Of a stretch of 64,000 bases of DNA, positions 53,880-64,000 are shown piece by piece; within the stretch, counting starts at the first letter, position 1, and every line of letters starts with the position of its first letter. This DNA comes from a virus. The stretch spans positions 32,001 to 96,000 of the IMG/VR virus record IMGVR_UViG_3300022872_000001, one strand, 5' to 3'. The position numbers were made by a program, and so were the translations under genes. The notes below the pieces were generated by a model that was not told the origin of the DNA, ran no database searches, and saw only the letters and a list, made by a program, of their open reading frames with translations.

Positions 53880-56489
53880 ATGGCCAAAGACAAGAAAGTA
53901 TCTAAATCGAAAGATGAGGATAAGAAGTCTAAGAAAACCAAAGCGGTAAAGCCGGAGAAGGTAGTAAAGGAAAAGAAATCTGCCAAGAAAGAAAAGGCAG
54001 GTTTTGATATGAATTCATTCATGGACAATACTCTTGATAGTATTGCCAAACGACAAGGATTCGAATCGTCTTCTCTTGAAGTATCTCCTCCCATGTCCAC
54101 AGGCTTGCTAGCCTTGGATCTGATTACAGGAGGAGGCATTCGTCCTTGCATGTTGACAGCCGCAGGCGGAGAACAGTGTGCGAAGACCACAGTCGCCTTG
54201 ACGGCTATGGGTGCAGCTATTCAAGAAAATATTCCATTGATTGCCTTCATCGATTATGAGGGCTGCGTTACTTCGGATACCTTAATAGGATATGGCAAAG
54301 GAAAACACGCACGTTTAGATGATCTCTTTGATCTTTCTATGGTTGGTACTTGGAAATCGGGCACCTGGCCAGGCCAAGTTCGTCGAGATATAGATACAGT
54401 TGAGCCGGGACATCGTTATGGAGGCACAGGTGTTCGTACCGGAGAACTCTTCTATAAGGGATTAAAGTCCACTACTGAGGTATCCTTTAACACAGGACAT
54501 AAACTTCGAGGCCATGGACATAAGATGTATGTACTCCGTAACGGCTATGCTACTGTTGTACCTCTCGAGAATTTGTGTGTAGGCGAACAAGTTCTCGTAC
54601 TCCGTTCTTCCAGTATCGAGGAAATATGGAAGCCTGTATTTGGGTATGGTAAGAAGATTTCTCAACGCTACGAAATATCTAATCTCGGGAATGTGCGTTC
54701 CCTAGACATGTTAACCGAGGATAGCCTAACCTCTTCCACAGGAAAAGCCTTTACCCGTAAGCGTCAAGTTAAAGGACGCATGTTGAAACCGCAGGCTGTA
54801 AAAGATGGACACGTGTGGGTATCACTCTGCGATGGAACAATTCAGAAGAAAGTTTTGGTACATCGTTTAGTTGCGCGGGCCTTTATAGGACCTGTTCCTG
54901 CAAATTCTCCTTTGGTTCTCCATTGGAACGATGATCCAAAAGACAATCGTGTTTCGAATTTGCGTTATGGAGACGAGATCGATAACGCCATGGATCGTAA
55001 GGTACGTGGACGTGCGTCAAAAGGTGCAGAAGTACACACCTCAGTTCTCACAGAAACTAAAGTTAAAAAGATTCAAGCCCTGAATGGCACAACCACCCTT
55101 CAGAAAACTGCTGATAAATTTGGGGTTTCGAATGCCACAATCTATCAGATATGGGCAGGTAATGCCTGGGAACATCTAAATGAGGAGCGTATTAGTCTTG
55201 ACCTGACTCAAGAAATTCTTGATGACTACGAAGTCGCATCCGTAGTATGCGTTAAGAAAACGGGCAAGAAGGAACACGTTTTTGATATTTCCTTGCGCGG
55301 TGTTGCTAACGATATCATGCCTCATTCAATCATAACTAATGGTGTTGTAACACATAACTCTACCAAAAACTCGAAAACCTATGTCCACAGCATCCTTAAG
55401 GGAATGGGCATCAAGCTCTCTATGGATGAGGTATTTGGTAAACAAGGTAAGGATGGCAAATGGGAGATTGCTCCTCGTGTGCGTTATCGTGCGGAGACAA
55501 TTCTTGAGCGATTCTATGAATGGTTAGGTTCCATTCTCCGTGAACTGCCTGATAAGCGCTATGTAGAAGGTGGTTGGTGGTTAGTATTTGAGGATAACAA
55601 AAAGAATAAACTGAAACTAGCCAACGACATGGACACTTCCATGACACGCAAATACGGCAATGGTATTTGGGTTCAGGCACAGGATGGAAAATTGCAAGGT
55701 ATCGTGTTCCTGGATTCCTACACTGCCATGAATCCAGAAGCAAAGGATGAGGAAGACATTAGCAATCAACTGTCTGTAAAAGCTTCGGCGTTCTCCAAGC
55801 AACTAGAGCGCATCAAGGGGCGCATGGCTCAAAAGATGGTTACCGTATATGGATTGAATCATCTACGGGATAATCCCATGGCTATGTTTGGTCCAAAGGA
55901 AACTGAAAAGGGCGGTAAAGCCTTGCAGCAGTTCTCTGACGTGCGTTTTCGTCAGACCTCTCGTGCCTTGTCCGCTCCACCCTTTAGCCCTAAGGCAGGT
56001 AAAAAGGCAGGCAAGGCTATCTACGATGAGGTAGAGAAATCGGCTGAGTTTGAGGGGGTTGATGTGTATCGTTACGTGCATGTCAAGGCTATCAAGAACA
56101 AACTGTGGACTCCTCAGCGGGAGTGCTATCTTCGTATCTGGGTAGAAGATGGGGCTGGTATTGCGCGGGGTATCGATCCGGTATTCGATACTATTTTCTA
56201 CCTCCGGGAAACTGGTCAGCTCTCTGGTAAACGTAAGGCATTCAAACTGGACATTGATGGTTTAGGTAAAGCTAAGAAACCTATTCCTTGGGAATTCCTG
56301 AAAAAATGGATTCTTGGTAACAAGGAAACGATGACCAAAATTTCCGCCGCAATGGGATATAAGCCAGTTAATCTACGCAAATATTGTTTCAAGCAAATTG
56401 TGAACGGTTCTGGAGAACGTCTTTTCATTGAATCTCAAACGGCAAGGCAAGGGGCTGTAGGTGGTGATGAAGAAGGGGATGACGAATAA
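53880..56489 (+). CDS. recA: RecA/UvsX-like recombinase containing an intein
   Basis: STGLLALDLITGGGI, GGEQCAKTT, IDYEG, FLDSY, NHLR, GGKALQQFSDVR. Confidence 0.9.
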   Translation: MAKDKKVSKSKDEDKKSKKTKAVKPEKVVKEKKSAKKEKAGFDMNSFMDNTLDSIAKRQGFESSSLEVSPPMSTGLLALDLITGGGIRPCMLTAAGGEQCAKTTVALTAMGAAIQENIPLIAFIDYEGCVTSDTLIGYGKGKHARLDDLFDLSMVGTWKSGTWPGQVRRDIDTVEPGHRYGGTGVRTGELFYKGLKSTTEVSFNTGHKLRGHGHKMYVLRNGYATVVPLENLCVGEQVLVLRSSSIEEIWKPVFGYGKKISQRYEISNLGNVRSLDMLTEDSLTSSTGKAFTRKRQVKGRMLKPQAVKDGHVWVSLCDGTIQKKVLVHRLVARAFIGPVPANSPLVLHWNDDPKDNRVSNLRYGDEIDNAMDRKVRGRASKGAEVHTSVLTETKVKKIQALNGTTTLQKTADKFGVSNATIYQIWAGNAWEHLNEERISLDLTQEILDDYEVASVVCVKKTGKKEHVFDISLRGVANDIMPHSIITNGVVTHNSTKNSKTYVHSILKGMGIKLSMDEVFGKQGKDGKWEIAPRVRYRAETILERFYEWLGSILRELPDKRYVEGGWWLVFEDNKKNKLKLANDMDTSMTRKYGNGIWVQAQDGKLQGIVFLDSYTAMNPEAKDEEDISNQLSVKASAFSKQLERIKGRMAQKMVTVYGLNHLRDNPMAMFGPKETEKGGKALQQFSDVRFRQTSRALSAPPFSPKAGKKAGKAIYDEVEKSAEFEGVDVYRYVHVKAIKNKLWTPQRECYLRIWVEDGAGIARGIDPVFDTIFYLRETGQLSGKRKAFKLDIDGLGKAKKPIPWEFLKKWILGNKETMTKISAAMGYKPVNLRKYCFKQIVNGSGERLFIESQTARQGAVGGDEEGDDE
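54264..55358 (+). mobile_element. intein (365 aa) with NUMOD4-HNH endonuclease
   Basis: Starts CVTSDT, block B HKL, ends VFDISL...ITNGVVTHN|S; internal EIWKPV..Y..SNLGNVRS and VHRLVARAF...H..DD..DNRVSNL. Confidence 0.93.
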
Positions 56490-56499
56490 AGGATAAGTA

Positions 56500-57204
56500 A
56501 TGCTCACAGTGAAATCGAAGAAGGTTAGAACTCAAGCTGAGGAATTGATCCTAACAGATCAAACGGAGATGGATAATGCAGACGCTGCCCTTCTTTCGAT
56601 TTCCGAACTTGCGTATTCTACCAAAGTCACCCCACCTAAATCTAAGGAAGCGCGGTCCGAAAGATCGCGTTTCTTTTTCACACCTAGTGAATCTCTGGAT
56701 GAGGAAATTAAACGTAGGAAGAAGCAATTCAAAAAACCTATAATATCTCATGTAGATACTCCTATACAAAAACGGGTTAAAAAATATAAGAAGCAAGTTC
56801 CCAAGGTACTTAAAGCAAATATTACAGTTGTTCGGGAATTCTTTCTGAAGGAAATTGCTCCTCGTACCCTGGCTATGGACGCAGGTTCCACGCAAGCGCG
56901 CGCTGTTGTACAGGAAATGCTAAAGACGGAAGTAGATGTAACCATGTTTAATCGTTTCGAACGCATGGTGAATTCCGCAGCCAATATTTCCATGGCTACA
57001 TTTATAGCCGCGTACTTTGGTTTGCCTAAACAGGCAGCAAACCAACTATTAGCTGAGCTAAATTTTAAACCACAGTTCATGTCTATGCCTCCCATACCGC
57101 AACTACAGCCTATGCCTGCGCCTAGGAATCGTAGGCATTCAACTACGCCCATGATGTCGAAACCTCGTAGGAGAAAAGAGCGTGAAGAAGAATTCGAGTT
57201 CTAG
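56500..57204 (+). CDS. hypothetical protein, 234 aa
   Basis: AAGGA SD. Confidence 0.75.
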   Translation: MLTVKSKKVRTQAEELILTDQTEMDNADAALLSISELAYSTKVTPPKSKEARSERSRFFFTPSESLDEEIKRRKKQFKKPIISHVDTPIQKRVKKYKKQVPKVLKANITVVREFFLKEIAPRTLAMDAGSTQARAVVQEMLKTEVDVTMFNRFERMVNSAANISMATFIAAYFGLPKQAANQLLAELNFKPQFMSMPPIPQLQPMPAPRNRRHSTTPMMSKPRRRKEREEEFEF

Positions 57205-59563
57205 TGTATTTACCATATTTGACTCAGCACGTCCCAAGAAAAAGAAAATAGTTGAGGAAGTACCTAAAAAGAAAAAGAAGAAAATCAAAACGTCTGAGTT
57301 AGTTGATAGGATCGTAGATGCCCCTGCTCTACACCTGAAAAAGAAAACTAATAAGGATTACGAAAAATCTTCCAAGAAACAGGATAAGAATGCTGCGGTA
57401 TTTGCCCAACTCTTTCCGTCCTTGGTAAATGAAGAGGACATAGAATCCGCACGGCGTTATAAACGCAGGATGGAGAAATTGAGTAGTTCCAAGGGAGGAT
57501 TGAATTCAATTGATGATATGTATTCGATTGATCCGAACACAGGAATTGCTATTCCAAAGGATAAGGAATTGATCCTCCCTGAGGATTTTGATATTCGTAC
57601 CTTAATGAACGAAGCTACGGATCCGGTAACTGGCGTGGTGCGTGATTTAAAGATTGATGATCGTGATCTTCCTTTAGCAAAAAATTATTATGATTTTGCT
57701 TTTGTTATCATTGGCAAAGATGCCCATCCTCCCTGGGCACGCCAGATGTGGACAGGCTTGATGCTATTTGGAGAAGTATGTCCCTGTTGTTCTAATCCTA
57801 AATATTTAGATATTCAGAATATATCTAAAACCATGCCAGCAAAGAATATTAAGGAACATCTGGTATTACTTGAGCATGGAAAATGTCCTAAATGCAAAAG
57901 GGAAAAATGGGATTTAATCAAGAATCATGGCTTACGTAATTATCAGCAACTGGTAAATCTACTTGGTCAGCGATCAGGTAAGTCATCTAGTGCGGCTTCC
58001 TACGCTGCGTACCTGACTCACCGTTACCTAAAGTTTCCTAATTTGGCAAGTCTTAGCACCTCAATGCAGGCATCAACGGAACTTACCTGTACCTTTGTTT
58101 CATTGAGCTTGACGAAAGCTATTGGTGTTCTTTGGACACCTTATCGGAAAATGATCGAAAAATCTAAATGGTTTTCCGAGTATTTTTCCTTGCTCGATAA
58201 TTACCGTGAAAAATATGGTAAAGAGTTGTACAGGGATTCCACTCTTTATCTTCGTGTATTTCATAAGAATTTGCATTTCTATCCTTCCGGTCCTCGTTCT
58301 TCTACTTTGCGGGGCGACACTCGTATATGCGCTCTGCTTGATGAATTGGGTTTGTTTCCTTTACCTAAAGGTGATGATGACGAAGATGAGACAAGTGAAA
58401 GAGCTAATGCCGACGAGGCTCACAAATCACTGATGAATTCCCTTACCACCGTACAGTCGGTAAGTATTAAACTTTTGAAGGAAGGCTATAATTCCGTACC
58501 TCCTGCTTTGATGATGTCTGTGTCTTCTCCTGCCTCCCAACGTGACAAAATGATGCGATTGCTTCGTGAATCCCGCACAGAGGCAGGAAGGGAATATATC
58601 TTAGGTATTAACCTTCCAACGTGGGAAGCCAATCCAGATATTGATAGAGATAATCCAATCATTGTTATGGCTTACAACTCAAATGCTGAAAAGGCAGAGC
58701 GTGACTTTGGAGCTAATCCTCCTATGGTTCACTCTACCTTCATCAAGCGCCACGTTGTTGAAACAGGTTTATTTATTGGTGGGCAAAATTCTCACATACT
58801 GAAATACTGTCTTGATAAACCTGGAGAATTGTACGGTACTATTGAACGAGTAAGGACAGTAAATTGGCCATCCATTATCTCCATTGATGCCGGACACGTC
58901 AATAATTCATTTACCATAACTGCAGGACATTTTGATTTTGTCACGCATAAAACCGTGGTATCTACCATTCTGGAATGCATGCCAATGGAAGGTCGAAGGA
59001 TCAACTTTAACCTTTTGTACCAATATGTGATTTTGCCATTAGCTAAGGATGTGAACGCTGTAGGACTAATTGCCGACCAATGGCAATCCATTGATCTACT
59101 GTATCGATTAGCAGACGATATGGGGAATAATCCATTGCAGAAACCAAGAGTTAAATCGGTGCAGTATTCGCCGCGCCGTAAGGATTTCACAAACTCTTTA
59201 GCCACTATGGAGAACAGAAATATTATTCTCCCTACGGTTAATAGCGAGGTAGCTCAAAGAATCTTTGATGGTAACATCGAGGATTATAGAATTGAGATGA
59301 AGGATCGTCCTGTGGAACATTTGATGCTTCAAATGCTTACCATTAAGGACGAAGGCGAAACCAAGACGCCTGGCAAGGGCGATGGTTTTACAGATGATAT
59401 TTACCGTGCCTTCGTTTTGATTGCATCTAAAATACACGATCCGAAAGTTATGGCTCGCCTGCAGGAAGCCCGTTCGTGGAAGTACGACGGTACGTCTAAC
59501 CGTAGAGGTATGCCGATGCCCGCCTTTGCCGGTCGTTCTGGTATGGGTTTCCGCGGTCGTTAA
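57182..59563 (+). CDS. terL: terminase large subunit
   Basis: GQRSGKSS (Walker A), LLDELG (Walker B), ISSPA-like motif C, SIDAGHVNNSF nuclease, DDIYRA; upstream of portal. Confidence 0.88.
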   Translation: MKKNSSSSVFTIFDSARPKKKKIVEEVPKKKKKKIKTSELVDRIVDAPALHLKKKTNKDYEKSSKKQDKNAAVFAQLFPSLVNEEDIESARRYKRRMEKLSSSKGGLNSIDDMYSIDPNTGIAIPKDKELILPEDFDIRTLMNEATDPVTGVVRDLKIDDRDLPLAKNYYDFAFVIIGKDAHPPWARQMWTGLMLFGEVCPCCSNPKYLDIQNISKTMPAKNIKEHLVLLEHGKCPKCKREKWDLIKNHGLRNYQQLVNLLGQRSGKSSSAASYAAYLTHRYLKFPNLASLSTSMQASTELTCTFVSLSLTKAIGVLWTPYRKMIEKSKWFSEYFSLLDNYREKYGKELYRDSTLYLRVFHKNLHFYPSGPRSSTLRGDTRICALLDELGLFPLPKGDDDEDETSERANADEAHKSLMNSLTTVQSVSIKLLKEGYNSVPPALMMSVSSPASQRDKMMRLLRESRTEAGREYILGINLPTWEANPDIDRDNPIIVMAYNSNAEKAERDFGANPPMVHSTFIKRHVVETGLFIGGQNSHILKYCLDKPGELYGTIERVRTVNWPSIISIDAGHVNNSFTITAGHFDFVTHKTVVSTILECMPMEGRRINFNLLYQYVILPLAKDVNAVGLIADQWQSIDLLYRLADDMGNNPLQKPRVKSVQYSPRRKDFTNSLATMENRNIILPTVNSEVAQRIFDGNIEDYRIEMKDRPVEHLMLQMLTIKDEGETKTPGKGDGFTDDIYRAFVLIASKIHDPKVMARLQEARSWKYDGTSNRRGMPMPAFAGRSGMGFRGR

Positions 59564-59580
59564 CTACAAGGAAATTCATC

Positions 59581-60024
59581 ATGACTCAAACACCAAACGT
59601 AAATCACGTAACGATCAGCCGCTTCGAGCATCTGCAATGGCTGATTGATAACCACATGAAGTCGCTGTTCGATATCGTGAAGCAGAATCATGCCATCTGG
59701 ATGCCTGATGTGCAAAAGGCTTATACGGCAATGCTCGAAGATGTCCGATGGCGAGTCATGCGCGACTACTGTACAGTTCGCGTCGGTCTGCCACAACGCT
59801 CCGGCCTGTCAGCATGGGCTAAGCGCAACATGACGGAAGAAGATTTGTTCGTTGGCATGTCGGGTGACGAAGGGAAAGCCTATACCTTGGCAAGCGCTCC
59901 AGAAGGATTCGTGCCGCGTTGGATCGTGATTCAGGATGCGAGTGTCCGCGCAACTCTGGTCGACTCGCTGTACAAGACTTTCGGCAGGGATCCCAAGCTG
60001 CAACTCTTCATCCTATTGAGGTAA
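59581..60024 (+). CDS. GC-rich hypothetical protein, possible degenerate P-loop
   Basis: AAGGA SD; VGLPQRSGLS, WIVIQDA. Confidence 0.7.
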   Translation: MTQTPNVNHVTISRFEHLQWLIDNHMKSLFDIVKQNHAIWMPDVQKAYTAMLEDVRWRVMRDYCTVRVGLPQRSGLSAWAKRNMTEEDLFVGMSGDEGKAYTLASAPEGFVPRWIVIQDASVRATLVDSLYKTFGRDPKLQLFILLR

Positions 60025-60068
60025 GCAATACAATTTCATCGTATAAGTAATTTGCGAGAGAAATCCAA

Positions 60069-60698
60069 ATGGCTAAAAAGAAACCAAGGAAGCCTAATGC
60101 AGCATACATGCTTCCTGACAAACCTTCAAAAAAATATGTAAAATGCCTTCTTGCTCTTGATCCAGGTAGCCGCAATATGGGAATTAGTTGCGTAGGAGTT
60201 ACCAAGAAGGGCAAGGTTCGTGTCCTTGCCAATTCCATTCTCACCAATCCTTTTACGACCATGGTTGGAGATATCAAGGAACAGAAACAACTTTTCCTTG
60301 GAGAGATTGATTCCTGGGTTAAGTTGTATAAACCTAACGGCATTATCATGGAGCGTTTCCAGTCCCGAGGCGGAATGGGTCCCTTGATCGAGTTGGTTAC
60401 TCTAATGCTAGGTATCCTAGTTGGCACCTATAATCTTCCAATCAAGATGATTACCGCCGCTACATGGAAAAACGCCTGGCATCGGAAGAATGAGGAAGAG
60501 TTGAATGATATGTACAAAGAATGCTTAACAACACCTCACCAGCTGGATTCGATTCTTATAGGTTGTTATGGTTTGCACGTAGCCACTGGTATGCCGACCA
60601 TAGGTAGTGCCAAAGGAATTATGAGACAGGCAGCCGATACATCTCTGTTACCATTGATTAAACGTAAGGGACTAAAATGCTTAAAGCCAAAGAATTGA
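60069..60698 (+). CDS. RuvC-like Holliday junction resolvase
   Basis: LALDPGSRNMG, IIMERFQ, HQLDSILIG. Confidence 0.8.
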   Translation: MAKKKPRKPNAAYMLPDKPSKKYVKCLLALDPGSRNMGISCVGVTKKGKVRVLANSILTNPFTTMVGDIKEQKQLFLGEIDSWVKLYKPNGIIMERFQSRGGMGPLIELVTLMLGILVGTYNLPIKMITAATWKNAWHRKNEEELNDMYKECLTTPHQLDSILIGCYGLHVATGMPTIGSAKGIMRQAADTSLLPLIKRKGLKCLKPKN

Positions 60699-60958
60699 AA
60701 ATGCCAGAAGTCTGGACGGCATCGAAGAAACCTGTTATTGCCTCAACCAAGGTTACTGCCCGCATTGATATGTCAGCCGAAGTTGCTGGTAAGGGTTTGT
60801 GCCCAGACTGTCGTGAGCCTATGGAAGACTCGCATACTTCGGGTATACCTGTAATTGCCTGCCACCCGTGTCGTATCGTTCTACCTAAACCTGATACTGA
60901 AGAATATAAACTTGAGATCGCCAAGAAAAAGGAAGAATCCAAGGAAGGTACTGAATAA
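60677..60958 (+). CDS. zinc-ribbon protein
   Basis: CPDC...CHPC. Confidence 0.75.
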   Translation: MLKAKELKMPEVWTASKKPVIASTKVTARIDMSAEVAGKGLCPDCREPMEDSHTSGIPVIACHPCRIVLPKPDTEEYKLEIAKKKEESKEGTE

Positions 60959-60981
60959 ATTCATAATGAATTGAGGTGACA

Positions 60982-61155
60982 ATGTTGGATTATAACTACT
61001 ATCATATTGATTCCCCGTTAGACGAAAGTGAGGTACGTTTAATGGAACAGGAACGGTATGAGAAACAGACTGCTGATATTTCCCGAGCCATGGAAAGCGC
61101 TATCAATAAGGAGCGTAAGCAGGCACGATTCCACAAAGCACAAAGGTTAGAATAA
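60982..61155 (+). CDS. small hypothetical protein, 57 aa (below ORF-track cutoff)
   Basis: GAGGTGA SD, MLDYNYYHID... Confidence 0.6.
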   Translation: MLDYNYYHIDSPLDESEVRLMEQERYEKQTADISRAMESAINKERKQARFHKAQRLE

Positions 61156-61156
61156 G

Positions 61157-61819
61157 ATGTCAATGATAAAAAAATCAGCGCGTAAAGCCTCCCTTCCCGG
61201 AGGTGTGCAGAAGAGTGGTGATGTAAGAGTTAAGGCTGGCTTGGTAGAATACACAGGATCCCTTAGTGGTGAGGTAGCCCCTAGGAAGATTTCCAAGCTC
61301 AAGAACGTTAAGAAGATGCGATCTATTGTTGGTGACTCCTCTGAGCAAATTTCTCAGTTGTTGGAATCCAATGAGACAGATCAGGCAGTTTCCTTAATGT
61401 ACAAAAGAATGCTCCAGACGCTTCTCGATCTGTTGTCGTATTCTGAACAGTACGTTAGAAAAACTAAGGCAGCCAAAGGTGTCTATCAGGTTAACGCGTT
61501 GATATCCAATATCCGTGAGTTAATGACCGACATCCAATCAGCGCAGGACAGGGGCATGCTTGGTGATGCCATGATTGAACGTATCCTTCAACCGTCCTTC
61601 CGCGAGATTGGTAGCCAGTTCGTCCAAGAATTCGCCACATTGGAATCGGATATACGGACTATTACGAATGCATCCATACAGACGGGTAATGCTTTAACCA
61701 AGGAAGATCAGAAAGAGATCAAGAAAGAGATCCTTGAAACGCGTGGTCACCTGGCTAGTGTTATGCAGACACAATATGAAGATATGAAGATGCAGATTGT
61801 TCAATTCCTACAGAGATAA
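61157..61819 (+). CDS. helical hypothetical protein (possible packaging-associated)
   Basis: Long ORF between terL and portal. Confidence 0.7.
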   Translation: MSMIKKSARKASLPGGVQKSGDVRVKAGLVEYTGSLSGEVAPRKISKLKNVKKMRSIVGDSSEQISQLLESNETDQAVSLMYKRMLQTLLDLLSYSEQYVRKTKAAKGVYQVNALISNIRELMTDIQSAQDRGMLGDAMIERILQPSFREIGSQFVQEFATLESDIRTITNASIQTGNALTKEDQKEIKKEILETRGHLASVMQTQYEDMKMQIVQFLQR

Positions 61820-61822
61820 AAC

Positions 61823-62473
61823 ATGGCAAGGTATCGTAGGTCCCGTAAGCGCCGTAATCATGAATCCGTAATTCAAGCCAACGCATCCTTGCAAGCAACA
61901 GCTACGAAACAGAAACGGGATGTCAGTGAATCGGAAAGACTGAGACACGCTATAGCAATGAAGTTCATGCCTAAGGGTTATGCCATCCACTACGAAGTGG
62001 GTTTGAATAAGAGTGGTAGATTACGTGCAGACATAATTGCGCTTAGCATGGGCGGCGTAATTACCATAGGTGAGGTAAAATCTTCGGTGGCTGATTTCCG
62101 AAATGACAAGAAGTGGCGTAAGTATCTAAAATACGCACACAGGTTTTCCTTTATTTTTAATGAGAATACCTATGAAAAGGTAAAGGATGAAGTCCCTAAA
62201 GGTATAGGTGTGTACGTAGTTGATGCCAACGGTAATGCCAAGTCAGTACAGAATTGTAAGCAGCGTGAAATGGGAGAGGCTTTTAACCTTCAGGTTGTTA
62301 CGCGCATTGCGTATAGGTCAGCAACCCTAAAGTCCATGCAACATAAAAACGCGCTAACCATTCCGTCCTTGCTTCTTAAGGACGTGCAATTACGGTTAAA
62401 GAATATTGATCCTCAAATACTGGATCAGGTTAAGGAAGCTCTAAGCGCCTCCATTCAAAGAATTACAGAATAA
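61823..62473 (+). CDS. MmcB-like PD-(D/E)xK endonuclease
   Basis: RADIIAL...GEVKSSVADFRNDKKWRKYLKYA. Confidence 0.85.
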   Translation: MARYRRSRKRRNHESVIQANASLQATATKQKRDVSESERLRHAIAMKFMPKGYAIHYEVGLNKSGRLRADIIALSMGGVITIGEVKSSVADFRNDKKWRKYLKYAHRFSFIFNENTYEKVKDEVPKGIGVYVVDANGNAKSVQNCKQREMGEAFNLQVVTRIAYRSATLKSMQHKNALTIPSLLLKDVQLRLKNIDPQILDQVKEALSASIQRITE

Positions 62474-62482
62474 GGATTCAAT

Positions 62483-64000
62483 ATGTTCCCAAAGAACAAA
62501 GTTACTGGAGTTGTAGGATCACGTATCAAAACTGATCATGGTTATAATGGTGCAAGTTTAGCACCTGTATCCTCTGGCCGTAACTATCAGGAGAACGGGT
62601 CCAAGGTTACCGCAGGTATGGCAGGTACTGGTCCTGTATCCTCCGGAGGAGGAGCTTCCTTATCCACCAATACATATTGGAATTCGCAGTACCAGTATAT
62701 GCTTACTGGTATTCTTCCTGCGGATCCTCAGTTTACCGACTCCTCGAGCTTAGCCCTTTTCTACCGTGACATCTATTTGTTCGATAACGTGGCCGGTTCA
62801 GCCGTAGACATCCAATCTACATTCCCTTTCTCGGATTACGAATTACGTGGTCTTGAAGATAAGGAATTGGATATTTATCGAGAAGCTCTAGACCAGCTGA
62901 ATATATCCCGTCATCTTCCAGAGATATCCAAAGCGTACCTGGTAGATGGCTTCTTTTGTGGCACACTGGTTTTTGATGCCAAAGCCAAGAAGTTTATGGA
63001 TACCTTGGTGCATGATGCTTTGCAGTGCACCGTCATTCCTGCCCCTCTATTCAATGTTCAACCTTCTATTCACGTTAGAGTCGGTTCAGCCACACAGCAG
63101 TACATGCATGCAGATGATCCGTATGCCCGCCGTACTATGGCATCGTTACCTCGTGAATTCCAACAAATGCTACGCGACGGCGATTTTCGTTTGAATCCTG
63201 TATCTACCTTGTACCTTGGTCGACGTTCTTTAACCGACCGTGCCTACGTGTCGTTCCTACATCGTATTCTTCCAATGTACCTTATTGAGAAGACGATGTT
63301 CCGAGGCACTTTGGTAGAAGCTGCTCGTCGCCAACGTGCTACCACTCACCTTACGGCAGGTGATGATTTATGGACTCCTACTTCCGAGGAATTGCAGGCA
63401 TTGGTACAACAATTCCAATTAGCCGAATATGATCCCTTAGGCGGTTGGGTATCTACTCGTAATGCTGTTCAAGCTACAGATATCCGCCCTGGTGGAGATT
63501 TCTGGAAATGGACGGACATGGCCGATATTCTTGTCCCTTACAAACTTCGTGCTTTAGGTATTTCAGAATCATTCCTGTCAGGTGATGCTTCCTACGCCAG
63601 TGCAGAGTCTGCCTATTCGACATTTTTGGAGACCATGAATGCTTATCGGAATGATCTGACCAACTCGATTTTCTACTCTACCTTGTTCCCTTTGATTGCT
63701 GTTGCTAATGGCTTGTATAAGGATGCTAAAGTTAAGGTACAAGGTAATGATGTATCAGGATTCTTACGCAACGCCTCGAATCGCGCGAACCTGAAAATGC
63801 CTCAGATCATTTGGCATAAATCTCTGGAAGCCAAAGGCGAGGACAACAAATTCGATATGTTGGAAAAGGCATCAGAGAAAGGTGTTCCAGTTCCATTGAA
63901 AACCTGGATGGCTGCCGCAGGTGTCGATCCAGAAGTCCTAGAAAAGGATTTGAAAGACGATAAAGAATACCGTGCGCAACTTGCAAAGTACACAGGTAAA
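62483..64000 (+). CDS. portal protein (partial, runs off the window end)
   Basis: Open frame from AAGGA-ATG 62483 to the window end: YRDIYLFDNVAGSAVD...FLSGDASYASAESA; position after terL. Confidence 0.75.
   Translation, partial: MFPKNKVTGVVGSRIKTDHGYNGASLAPVSSGRNYQENGSKVTAGMAGTGPVSSGGGASLSTNTYWNSQYQYMLTGILPADPQFTDSSSLALFYRDIYLFDNVAGSAVDIQSTFPFSDYELRGLEDKELDIYREALDQLNISRHLPEISKAYLVDGFFCGTLVFDAKAKKFMDTLVHDALQCTVIPAPLFNVQPSIHVRVGSATQQYMHADDPYARRTMASLPREFQQMLRDGDFRLNPVSTLYLGRRSLTDRAYVSFLHRILPMYLIEKTMFRGTLVEAARRQRATTHLTAGDDLWTPTSEELQALVQQFQLAEYDPLGGWVSTRNAVQATDIRPGGDFWKWTDMADILVPYKLRALGISESFLSGDASYASAESAYSTFLETMNAYRNDLTNSIFYSTLFPLIAVANGLYKDAKVKVQGNDVSGFLRNASNRANLKMPQIIWHKSLEAKGEDNKFDMLEKASEKGVPVPLKTWMAAAGVDPEVLEKDLKDDKEYRAQLAKYTGK

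Noticed and set aside
52867-54190. Long antisense ORFs (poly-Ser 297 aa; 382 aa) and the +1-frame 121-aa ORF
   Set aside because: Shadows of the GAT/GAC/GAG repeat in the acidic tail; no SD, low complexity
1-64000. tRNA genes
   Set aside because: No T-arm GTTCRA with cloverleaf context found by eye; tRNAscan-SE/ARAGORN would be decisive

Overview
This is a 64-kb slice of a large lytic dsDNA tailed phage, very likely a jumbo myovirus of a Gram-negative host (it has a spanin pair). From memory, not a search, the gene content resembles Lu11/PaBG/Y3-type phages. Bases 1-11.2 kb are leftward, mostly small hypothetical genes, plus a truncated NAMPT relic, a CYTH enzyme and an SbcD/Mre11 nuclease. 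A 620-bp non-coding, repeat- and hairpin-rich interval (origin candidate) separates this from a rightward arm. The rightward arm carries an SF2-like helicase, a ~550-nt highly structured non-coding RNA candidate, a RecD/Dda helicase, a family A DNA polymerase split into two genes by two unrelated ORFs, primase and spanins. It also holds a 7-deazaguanine DNA-modification cluster (QueD, QueD-like, FolE, QueE, DpdA) interleaved with two glycosyltransferases, a PIG-L deacetylase, a PP-loop protein and a DUF2264 glycosidase-like protein; no QueC is visible in the window. Further right are a Tad1-like anti-Thoeris sponge, thyX sitting in place of the 5' part of thyA (the thyA relic keeps a complete group I intron with a GIY-YIG ORF), a sigma factor, an SSB-like protein with a long charge-block tail, RecA with an HNH intein, terminase large subunit, RuvC, MmcB-like nuclease and the start of the portal gene. 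An AGTAAATA octamer recurs upstream of many genes, almost always in sense orientation. I found no tRNA or CRISPR array. All family calls come from motif recognition by eye; no database searches were run.
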